From: Candidatus Bathyarchaeota archaeon
Lineage (GTDB): Archaea; Thermoproteota; Bathyarchaeia; 40CM-2-53-6; CAVXDP01
Length of the DNA stretch: 64,000 nucleotides
Assembly (NCBI GenBank): GCA_963760485.1
Contig: CAVXDP010000015.1
Coordinates: forward strand, 50,193 to 114,192
Direction of reading: 5' to 3'
Shown here one piece after another: positions 1-7,923 of this stretch; position 1 is the first letter of the stretch; every line of letters begins with the position of its first letter. The notes beneath the pieces were generated by a model. It was not told where the DNA came from. It searched no databases and worked only from the letters and a program-made list of their open reading frames with translations. The translations under genes and the position numbers were made by a program.

Positions 1-49
1 ACCGTAGAATTCTTCTCTTCACTACGGAAAAAGGTCCAACGATACCTAT

Positions 50-211
50 CTAGACACTACAATCACAACGAAAACAATCCAAGCAAATCGGACACTTGAC
101 CACAGAGGTACCATCATCGTAGGTCACAATGACCGCTTCATGTCCTCTTGTACATTTGGTGGAGCGGGAATCAACTGCCTTCGGCCCAGCTCCAGAACAG
201 TCGAACCTCAT
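50..211 (-). CDS. small Cys-rich protein (53 aa), putative metal-binding microprotein
   Basis: Hand translation, below the ORF-track cutoff: MRFDCSGAGPKAVDSRSTKCTRGHEAVIVTYDDGTSVVKCPICLDCFRCDCSV*. It has 7 Cys and an AT-rich TATA-like stretch (AAAAAGTAAATA) about 40 nt upstream. Confidence 0.5.
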   Translation of the reverse strand: MRFDCSGAGPKAVDSRSTKCTRGHEAVIVTYDDGTSVVKCPICLDCFRCDCSV

Positions 212-338
212 CTTCTCTTTCCTAAGTAGGTGTGGTAATCACCGCCTATTTACTTTTTAGAGTTCTTAGGACGATTTGAGTCCATTGCTAAGACTACGGA
301 GTCTACATTGAACCCTGGAAAAGAGATACTTGGCTGAT

Positions 339-360
339 CAAAGAAAAAAGGAGGGGACAC
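339..360 (-). terminator. pyrimidine/U-rich terminator after hsp20
   Basis: Minus strand reads GTGTCCCCTCCTTTTTTCTTTG directly after the hsp20 stop codon. Confidence 0.5.
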
Positions 361-368
361 ACGATTGT

Positions 369-986
369 CTACTCGATTTTGATCGCGTGTCCTTTAGCCT
401 TAGGCTTAGCCTTTCTCAGAGTCACTTCGAGCACACCATTGTTGTACATCGCCTTGGAAGTCTCTGGCTCAACCTCAGAAGGTAAGTCAACGGTTTTGTA
501 GTACTTTCGCTCTGGCGTGTCAACGGTTATGGTGACACTGTTACTTGTTGAGTCTATCTGGATGTCTGATTTGTTGACCCCTGGCAACTCTGCAACGACC
601 TTGATTGTATCCTTCTCATCTAGCATGTCGACTAGGGGTTCGCGTGTCTCGGTTGGTTCGAGCTTGGGAACAGGCATGCCAAAGGCTCCTAGTCGCTTCG
701 AAGGCTTGACGTTGCCGAATTCACGTATTACCGGTTTGCCGTCTGGACCTGCGCTCATCGAGTATCCGTAGACGAAAGGCCCCCATTGGCGCATTGTGCT
801 TCCATCGGGAAGCTTGCGCTCGGACACGAATTCTTTGGGAAGGTTTCTGGTCATCTCAGAAAACATTCTTTCGAACATAGTGTCAAAGTCTTCAAAGAAG
901 TTCGAGAAGAAGCTTGGAACCCTACGTCTTCTAGACCCAAACCATGACGGAAAATCTTCATCCCACGAAGACATCTCATATTTCAC
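369..986 (-). CDS. hsp20: archaeal small heat shock protein Hsp20
   Basis: GPFVYGYSM..GPDGKP.IREFGN motif, alpha-crystallin domain (REPLVD, AELPGV, YNNGVLEV) and C-terminal IKIE. Confidence 0.93.
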   Translation of the reverse strand: MKYEMSSWDEDFPSWFGSRRRRVPSFFSNFFEDFDTMFERMFSEMTRNLPKEFVSERKLPDGSTMRQWGPFVYGYSMSAGPDGKPVIREFGNVKPSKRLGAFGMPVPKLEPTETREPLVDMLDEKDTIKVVAELPGVNKSDIQIDSTSNSVTITVDTPERKYYKTVDLPSEVEPETSKAMYNNGVLEVTLRKAKPKAKGHAIKIE

Positions 987-989
987 CTC

Positions 990-1397
990 CTATTCTGTGG
1001 ATAACTCTTCCATGACCCGACGGATCGCTGCCATAGCTAGGAAGCTTCCAAACCCCAACCTGGATGCAGAGTAGTGTACCTCACGCGGGTTCTTTTCATG
1101 ACGATTCACTAGGTGGAGGTTTCTCATCCTTTCCAGATTCTCATTCACGATCTTCTGATTCACATTAAGTTCGTACATGAGTTCGCTGAACCGAACGTCC
1201 ATATTTCGTATAATGCTATTCAACATACGAATACGAGTCTCGCTTGACAACATCTCATGAATCGCACGGACTTTTCCAATTCTGCGCTCCAAGAGTCTCA
1301 ACTCCTCTTCTATCTCCCCTCTGGTCCAATCACTCATTTCCAGAGGCATCTCGTGGATCACTTTGTTCCCCTTCACAAGCTGGAGTTTCAGAGCCAT
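990..1397 (-). CDS. ArsR-like winged-helix regulator, probably co-transcribed with hsp20
   Basis: LSSETRIRML...VRFSELMYELNVNQKIVNENLERM HTH pattern; 3 nt from the hsp20 start. Confidence 0.7.
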   Translation of the reverse strand: MALKLQLVKGNKVIHEMPLEMSDWTRGEIEEELRLLERRIGKVRAIHEMLSSETRIRMLNSIIRNMDVRFSELMYELNVNQKIVNENLERMRNLHLVNRHEKNPREVHYSASRLGFGSFLAMAAIRRVMEELSTE

Positions 1398-1406
1398 GGA
1401 GGAGCA

Positions 1407-1462
1407 CGTTGTTACTGAAGAGTAACAAGTCGCTTATAAACGTTGTTACTAGTAAGTAACAT
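1407..1462 (-). promoter_or_regulatory. TATA box flanked by two palindromic operators (TTGTTACT-N4-AGTAACAW)
   Basis: 1409-1428 TTGTTACT gaag AGTAACAA (perfect) and 1443-1462 TTGTTACT agta AGTAACAT, with TTTATAAG (minus strand) at 1433-1440 between them. Confidence 0.8.
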
Positions 1463-1498
1463 AAGTCAGTCTAACCAATTCACCAATATGCAAAGTAG

Positions 1499-2623
1499 CT
1501 AAGGAATTATCTCGCAACTGTTGTATTCTCCGTAGTTGAAATCCTCTATTCTGACTCTACCGTCATGGATAAGTTGTCTAACACGACTCTCGACATTTCT
1601 CACGGACGCAATAAGACTGGCTACAGTTCCACACACCTGTCTGAATCCCTCTTCACCCCAGAGCTTTGTTGCATTCGCGTAGAGACATCTGCCTCCGCAA
1701 AGAGTGTAATCATCACACTCTGTACATGGGTTTCTAACAAAGACGGAATCCTTGAGATCGCTGGGGTTTGTATCCCAAATGCTGCCTAGGTAGAAGTCTT
1801 TCATGCCTGCCATCACTGGGCATGGAGTTATTCTTCCATCAGTTTGTATATTGAAGGTGTTCCAGCCTGCTCCACATCGCAACTTGCTTTCTTCATTAAG
1901 CAGAAGTGAACGCATTACACCCAAGATTGGATAGAGCTTAAGAACTTCACCGAATGTCTCCATTCGTTCAATCCACATTTCGACAAGCCTTTTCACTGCA
2001 GGGTTGTAGGCATTCTCAGACCAAGCTCGAAACTGGGTTCTATCAAAGTCGTTCTGCCAGAAGAGAGCGTCCAACTGCCAATGAACGGACTTGAAAGAAA
2101 GCTCCTTGTTGGAAACTAGAGATAGGACCTGTCGATCAATTTCGGTTCCCGAGGTTATTGTCATTCGAGGGATGAGTTCGCCGTCAAAACCGTTAATCTT
2201 AAGCAGTTTCAAGTTCTCCATTACCTTTCTGTAGACTCCATTACCTCGGTTTCTGTCCGTAAGCGCTTCATTCCCGTCGATTGAAACAAGAATCGTGTCT
2301 AATCTTCGCGCATATTCAGGATCCAATCGGTCAAGGAAAAGGCCATTTGTTTGAATGATAAACCTGTCAGCTTCTATCTCATCCATTATCTTCTTGATCT
2401 TTTCAATCTCTAGGAAGGGTTCCCCGCCATAGAAGATTATCGTTGGGTACGAGTCTTGTCTCACGAAATTGACTAGATCAGTGAGTTCATAGTTGATTGT
2501 CGTTGGAATGGTATAATCAATCTGCAGATCACCAAAATCGCTACCGAAATCTTCACATGATTTTCCATAGCAATACGTGCAACGGAGATTGCATTTTGTA
2601 GTCAACGTGACATAATAGTTCAA
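1499..2623 (-). CDS. radical SAM/SPASM protein (AF0577/TIGR04084-like, putative peptide-modifying)
   Basis: CNLRCTYC, YGGEP and a C-terminal SPASM domain (CGAG..DG.ITPC, CTECDDYTLCGGRC). Confidence 0.85.
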   Translation of the reverse strand: MNYYVTLTTKCNLRCTYCYGKSCEDFGSDFGDLQIDYTIPTTINYELTDLVNFVRQDSYPTIIFYGGEPFLEIEKIKKIMDEIEADRFIIQTNGLFLDRLDPEYARRLDTILVSIDGNEALTDRNRGNGVYRKVMENLKLLKINGFDGELIPRMTITSGTEIDRQVLSLVSNKELSFKSVHWQLDALFWQNDFDRTQFRAWSENAYNPAVKRLVEMWIERMETFGEVLKLYPILGVMRSLLLNEESKLRCGAGWNTFNIQTDGRITPCPVMAGMKDFYLGSIWDTNPSDLKDSVFVRNPCTECDDYTLCGGRCLYANATKLWGEEGFRQVCGTVASLIASVRNVESRVRQLIHDGRVRIEDFNYGEYNSCEIIP

Positions 2624-2728
2624 GCCAGTACCCCGAAGCTCAATGATCTTCTTAATCAGAAGAGATACTGCATAGGGAAGCCAATGACTGGGAGACCTCG
2701 ATTCAACTGGATTCTAGTTGAGCAAGTT

Positions 2729-2852
2729 TGGCGCCGGGGGTGGGATTTGAACCCACGAGACCCAGAGGGTCATCGGCTGTTAGCCTACGGTTAGCAAGCC
2801 GACGCCTTACCGAGTTACCCGATCATTGTTATGATCTCTAGGCAACCCCGGC
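2729..2852 (-). tRNA. tRNA-Ser(GCU) with two introns (D-loop 15/16 at 2815-2837; 37/38 at 2779-2791)
   Basis: GCCGGGG/CCCCGGC acceptor, GTTCAAATC T-loop, long variable arm GACCC-TCT-GGGTC, anticodon GCT, encoded CCA; 88 nt after removing the introns. Confidence 0.88.
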
Positions 2853-2964
2853 ACCGACAAGATTCTTCCTTAGTCTTCCAATAAAAGGTAACGCCTTCGA
2901 GAGTCATGTCAGCATGCCGTTTGGGTTCACTAGTGAGAATGCAAATCTCTTAGTGCCCCACACA

Positions 2965-3474
2965 TCAGACGGCATATCTGTCCTCTCTGCACGGGTCAGC
3001 AGTATTACTGTAGCCTCTTAGCTCCCAATATCCGAGTTCCTGCTGTTCCGTAAATTTCACTTTTCTAACCCATTTAGCGCTCTTGTAGGCGTATTTCTTG
3101 GGGACGATCAGCCTGAGTGGTCCACCGAATCGAGTCTCCAAATCCTTTCCATTCAACTTGTACGCGAGCAGTACGTCGTCCTCTAGGAGTTCGCCCAGAG
3201 GAAGAGATGTCATATAGCCTCCATCGCATGCGATTGTCGCAAAGTACGCATTATCTTTTGGTTTGGCCATATCATTTATCTTCTTGAATTTCACTCCACC
3301 CCATCTATTGTCCAGCTTACTCCATCCTGTGACACAGTGAAAATCTGATACGCATTCAACCTCAGGCAAATTGCGAAACTCAGTCCAAGTCAGTTCAAAG
3401 ACCTTATCGGCCAGGCCAAAGACTTGAAACGTCCATGCTACAGGATCAAACCTCGGAATACTCCCAACATGCAA
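2965..3474 (-). CDS. sulfite oxidase-like molybdopterin oxidoreductase (YuiH/MsrP family)
   Basis: DFHCVTGWS, GGPLRLIVP..Y.YKSAKW, GYWE.RGY. The family motif RVPPGQ lies in frame upstream (to about 3532), so the true start is further 5'. Confidence 0.88.
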   Translation of the reverse strand: MHVGSIPRFDPVAWTFQVFGLADKVFELTWTEFRNLPEVECVSDFHCVTGWSKLDNRWGGVKFKKINDMAKPKDNAYFATIACDGGYMTSLPLGELLEDDVLLAYKLNGKDLETRFGGPLRLIVPKKYAYKSAKWVRKVKFTEQQELGYWELRGYSNTADPCREDRYAV

Positions 3475-3882
3475 GACTTCAAGCTGTTTGATCTCACGTT
3501 GCCCCGGAGGTACTCTACTTCTTGTTGTGATAGATTTTTCCTCCTTGGAGATATCTTCTGTCTTGAAAAACGCTCTACAGTCTACGTAGGCGTTTCCAAG
3601 TTCTTCTTAGTCTGTAGTTTTCGAGAACCTTTCTACTTTTCTGAACGTGAGGATTCGCAATATCACTGGAAAAATGGCGTGCAGAGCTAGCCCTGATAAC
3701 CCTCTTTCATGGTGAGAAGATTATCCATCCTAACGCAAGCCGAGCGGGTGAAGTCGCCGCTACAATCGGCCTGCTTGAGTGAGCACATTTCAACCTTTTT
3801 GCTCGTAACAGGTCTAGAAAGTCATATCTCGAAGTAGCAAGGACAATGATACTCGTGAATCGATAGTGAGTGAAGAGGCGAC

Positions 3883-4792
3883 ATGAAGGAACTCAAGGGA
3901 ATATTCCCAGCTATGGTCACGCCATTTACCAAGACTGGAGAAATCGACACTGAAGGTTTGGGTAAACTTGCCAATTGGCTCTTAGCCAGTGGAGTTGATG
4001 GCCTATTTCCTCTTGGGAGTGGAGGTGAAGGCCCGAAACTGAATAGGGAAGAGAGAAAGAAGGTTTTGAAAGTTGTGCTGGACGTAGCCAAAAGCGGTGT
4101 CCCAGTGGTACCTGGAACAGGCGGCATAACTACCAAAGACACAATCCTCTATACCAAAGATGCGAAAGACATGGGTGCATCAGCTGCAGTCATACACCCC
4201 CCTTGGTATTTCCATCCAAGCCCCAAGGCTCTCTTGGAGCATTACAAGACTGTAGCCCAGCAGACCGATTTTCCAATCATCATCTACAATCTCCCTTCTT
4301 TTGTCGGATACCAAATTCCAATTGATGTGGTGGTTGAAGCGTCGACGATCAGCAATATTGTGGGTATCAAAGATAGGCAGCGCTGAGATGTTCTACTTTC
4401 AAGCATTGATGAACGATGTTTCGAATGGATTTGAGTTAATTCAGGGATATGGTTCTCTATTTCTTCCAAGCCTTGTTCTTGGAGCAAAGACAACGTTCTG
4501 TGGAGAAGCGAGTATTGCGCCTGATGTTCTGGTTGATATGTATAGAAGCTACCTATCTGGAGATTTGAAGAAAGCTCGAGAAATGCATTTCAAGCTAGTT
4601 ACACTAGTGTCTACAATTGGTTACGGAACATTTCCTGTTTCTATAAAAGAAGCATTGAATATGCTTGGCCTTCCCGGAGGTTATACGCTTCCCCCTTGTG
4701 CACCTTTGGAAGAACTGGAAAGAGAGAAGATTAGGAACGCTCTTGTCAAAGCGGGACTGTTCGACCGGAAAATGACGCAAGCTCGGCTCTGA
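3883..4792 (+). CDS. DapA/NanA-family class I aldolase (frameshifted at about 4376)
   Basis: GIFPAMVTPF, GSGGE, IIYNLP, GIKD. Removing one G gives KDSSAEM and joins ORFs 3883-4386 and 4301-4792. Confidence 0.85.
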
Positions 4793-4828
4793 AATGTGAT
4801 AGTGATTGACTACGTATTATGGATCTGG

Positions 4829-5140
4829 TTAGAAGTCATTCGTGTACTCGCATACATCATCGTCAGGATAGTTCCTGCAGTAGAAGGGTTTTGTATCATT
4901 TATCGCACAATAGTAGGTGCTCTGTTCCTTATCATTTCTTAGGAATGGACAACTGTTCGGAACGAACACATAGGACTTACCAGTCTGATCATCTGAGTCT
5001 ATTGCAATGTGTTTCAATATGTCAAATCTTCCCGTACTCTTCCATCGAATCACATCTTGGTACGTAGGCTCAAAGGATCTCCAGTGCATTACGCAACAGT
5101 ATCCGCAGCGTTTACAGATATGTCCCATCAACTGTTTCAC
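4829..5140 (-). CDS. YkgJ-family cysteine-cluster protein
   Basis: CKRCGYCC...CPFL...CAI...KP..CR.YP. Confidence 0.8.
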   Translation of the reverse strand: MKQLMGHICKRCGYCCVMHWRSFEPTYQDVIRWKSTGRFDILKHIAIDSDDQTGKSYVFVPNSCPFLRNDKEQSTYYCAINDTKPFYCRNYPDDDVCEYTNDF

Positions 5141-5178
5141 GTGGAAAACTTGCTGAATTTCAGAATACAGTAAGGGCT

Positions 5179-5430
5179 TTATCCCACCGAGATTTGCCCT
5201 TTGTGCCCCATTCTCAGCTGAAGAATTCCTGAGTAGTTAACTGCTTGGCAGTTGTAGATCTTTACAGTGTTGCCTTTTTCAATGTGATTTTGAAGATTTC
5301 TGTATGAGTATCTTACGAATATTCTTCCCGAATCATCGTCGACTACAAGCATGAAGTTGTTCATGTTGACTATTCTGCCTTCAAGGCAGACATTTCTCAT
5401 TCCGTTTTGGATGTCACTAATTCTCATCAT
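5179..5430 (-). CDS. single OB-fold nucleic-acid-binding protein (SSB-like)
   Basis: MRISDI..GMRNV.LEGRIV, DDSGRI, G.TVKI.N, YSGILQL. Confidence 0.7.
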   Translation of the reverse strand: MMRISDIQNGMRNVCLEGRIVNMNNFMLVVDDDSGRIFVRYSYRNLQNHIEKGNTVKIYNCQAVNYSGILQLRMGHKGQISVG

Positions 5431-5516
5431 GATTGTTCTCCTACGGGATGTCAAAAAAAGATGGTATTGCCATCTCAGTTGGATGGCTTCACTTCTAGCT
5501 TATTCTCATTTCCAGT

Positions 5517-5720
5517 CTATTCGGCTTTTTCGGCTATTGCGAAACGGTCACGAACTTGTGTAACTTGGATTTTAACATGGTCTCCAGGTTTCGTGTTTGG
5601 CACGAAGACCACAAATCCTTCAACACGTGCTAGGCCGTCACCGCGCCGACTGCGTTCTTTGATGTCGACTTCGTACTGTTTTCCTTCCTCTACCGGCGCG
5701 TCTTTCGTCTGATAACTCAT
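5517..5720 (-). CDS. stand-alone TRAM-domain RNA chaperone
   Basis: APVEEGKQYEVDI...RRGDGLARVEGFVVFVPNTKPGD; SD GAGGTGA. Confidence 0.92.
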   Translation of the reverse strand: MSYQTKDAPVEEGKQYEVDIKERSRRGDGLARVEGFVVFVPNTKPGDHVKIQVTQVRDRFAIAEKAE

Positions 5721-6075
5721 TCGATTTTCACCTCTCTCAATCTCGGTCAGTTACAACAAGAAGAAGAACATCTAGGTGATCGTTCTCTCCAGAAACGACT
5801 CTTCGCTCTCGTTCTCGTGAACTACCCTACGTGATGTTGGTCTCCGTCCTATATAAGGATAGAAAACTTGCGAAAACCAAAAATCGAAAAAAGAAACAAC
5901 CAATAGTGCAATACCATCATGAATGCGGCCCCGCGCGTAGAACAATTCGAAACGGTCCTGTAATTGCTGTTGGGGAATCCAACTGCTGGCTGCGAAGTTG
6001 TACGTGTCCATATTATCCTGCAAATGGAGGATTCCATTCAGCAAGAAAGGTTGAGATATAGCCAGATCTTGGGGT

Positions 6076-6489
6076 TCACGGGTTGGAGGTAGATTTGGAG
6101 GAGGGGGCTATCCAACATAGTTTTCCATTCAGAATCCGTTCAACATAGTCGTCACCCCTAACAACAGCAAGACTTTGATCTCGCAAAGCAATCGTAGTGT
6201 TATTGTCGTAATTATTGAATGGAGGAATGAATGTTGTTGTCGGAACTTTCGGAAACGTTGAATGCAGAATCGTGAGCCCTTGGCGCACAAGTTGCTGTTG
6301 TCTCTCCAAAGGCAGTGTGGCCAATTCACTCCAGTCAACTTGTGCGCTAAGCCACGTTATATTCTCATGTGTCAACCCGTGCAAGACTGCTTCGAATAGT
6401 CTATCCTTCGCAAGAATTTCTCGAATGTAGAGTGTCAGATTCTTGTCACTATCAATGGGTTTGGAGCGGGACGTGGGCGACTGGTCCAA
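6076..6489 (-). pseudogene. polysaccharide deacetylase/DUF2334-like fragment
   Basis: E.VLHGLTHE and FIPPFN.YD motifs, but the N-terminal DD motif and C-terminus are missing; lies just downstream of tRNA-Thr. Confidence 0.55.
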
Positions 6490-6573
6490 AGGGAACCCAC
6501 ATCAAAACAATGCCAACAACGAGTTTAGACCTAAAAACCGACTGATAGTCCCCTATCGATAGATTGGAGGATG

Positions 6574-6689
6574 TGGAGCCCCGGGCGGGGTTTGAACCCG
6601 CGACCTTCGGCTGTTTGCTTGACGCTGTCATACCAAGCCGACGCCCCGACCAGGCTAGGCTATCCCGCTCCTTTTGAGAGTACCGGGGC
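6574..6689 (-). tRNA. tRNA-Thr(GGU) with two introns (8/9 at 6662-6681; 37/38 at 6613-6630)
   Basis: GCCCCGG/CCGGGGC acceptor, U discriminator plus CCA, GTTCAAACC T-loop, anticodon GGT; 78 nt after removing the introns. Confidence 0.88.
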
Positions 6690-6945
6690 CAATCGGAGCT
6701 TGTTGTTCCAGCTTGTTTCTCACTATAATAAGTTTCGGTGAAGACCTTAAAGACTACAATCTTGGCACAACCCTGTTAGTGTAGAACACGTCAAGTGATC
6801 GAAGATTCAAGAATTACTTCGAGTATGTCCAAAACAACGAAATTCTTGCTTAGATCTCACGGGAAGTCTTAGGAAAGGCTTAAGAATACAAAAAGAGTCA
6901 TATAGAAACATCCTTTAAAAGAAATTAGGGAGGAAAAAGAAAAAA

Positions 6946-7746
6946 TTGGTCAGGAAATGTTCCACTTGTGGTAATGCTAACAGGGACGACGCGACTTTCT
7001 GTTCCGCCTGTGGTACATCACTAGTCAGTGCACCATCCTTGAAACCCGTGCCCAGTGTCAGAGTTGTCTCTCCTGTAATGTCCACTGGCGCGTCAATGAG
7101 AGTTCCGCCTCCGGGTATGTGCTTCTATCATCCGAACCTTCCCGCTATCTACGTTTGCAATAGGTGTGGACGACCGATCTGCAGAGACGATTCCAAAGCT
7201 TATCAGGATCTTGTAATGTGTCCGCAATGCTATCAGAGCGTAGTACCGATGAGGGCAGCTCCGGCGCCAGCATATATGCAGGCCCCTGAAATGGCACCAG
7301 TGATGGCACCGCCCGAACCTATGCCGTCATATTTCCCCGGACCAACGATGGGTCCACCTGAGGGTATGGGGTCATATTTCCCCGGATCAACAATGTTTCC
7401 ACCTGGCAGATCAACTTGGGGATTCGTGGTGTCACTAATCGCGGGAATATTGATAATAATAAACGCGGCTGCGCTGATTTCTCTCAGCTTCTACACTACG
7501 TGGGCAGGCATATTTCCGTGGATAGCCTTCTTCGGTGCATTCCCGCCGTGGATACTGTTGGTCATAGGACTGATCCTTGGCATCGTAGTCGCAATAGGAA
7601 GTATTCTGATGGTTCTCGGTTACGGAACGATCGGGGCCATCGTTGTGTTTCCATCCGCGGTGATCAGTCTAGTACTAGGCGGAGGATTCATTGCAGGCTT
7701 CATCCTAGGAATCGTTGGCGGAATCCTAGGAATGCTTGGAAGGTAA
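6946..7746 (+). CDS. Zn-ribbon + B-box-like Zn finger + Pro/Met-rich linker + multi-TM C-terminus
   Basis: CSTC..CSAC; CFYHP....YVCNRCGRPICRDD......MCPQC; 3-4 Gly-rich hydrophobic segments; SD GGAGG. Confidence 0.8.
   Translation: MVRKCSTCGNANRDDATFCSACGTSLVSAPSLKPVPSVRVVSPVMSTGASMRVPPPGMCFYHPNLPAIYVCNRCGRPICRDDSKAYQDLVMCPQCYQSVVPMRAAPAPAYMQAPEMAPVMAPPEPMPSYFPGPTMGPPEGMGSYFPGSTMFPPGRSTWGFVVSLIAGILIIINAAALISLSFYTTWAGIFPWIAFFGAFPPWILLVIGLILGIVVAIGSILMVLGYGTIGAIVVFPSAVISLVLGGGFIAGFILGIVGGILGMLGR
7321..7405 (+). repeat. 45-bp-period intragenic duplication (MxSYFPGxTMxPP x2)
   Basis: ATGCCGTCATATTTCCCCGGACCAACGATGGGTCCACCTG versus ATGGGGTCATATTTCCCCGGATCAACAATGTTTCCACCTG. Confidence 0.85.
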
Positions 7747-7754
7747 GGCAATCT

Positions 7755-7780
7755 CCCCCACCTTTATCCCCTTTTTTTCG
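7755..7780 (+). terminator. pyrimidine/U-rich terminator
   Basis: CCCCCACCTTTATCCCCTTTTTTTCG follows the stop at 7746. Confidence 0.5.
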
Positions 7781-7923
7781 ACTAGCCACAATTAGAAGAA
7801 TCGCAGCACTGTCGCACTTCTGCAGATATCAGTTACGATAGAAAGAAGAATTCTTGTAGAGGCTAGGCTTCCATGCAGAAGTTCTTGAAGGTCGTAGGTG
7901 AACTTGTGGGTGAAGAATAGAAT

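Noticed and set aside
3735..3775. Hairpin GCAAGCCGA-GCGG...CCGC-TCGGCCTGC between divergent genes
   Set aside because: Single hairpin with no recognisable riboswitch, attC or repeat context.
2729..6689. Integrated element between the two tRNAs
   Set aside because: No integrase and no duplicated tRNA 3' end (att) seen; only a deacetylase fragment hints at turnover.
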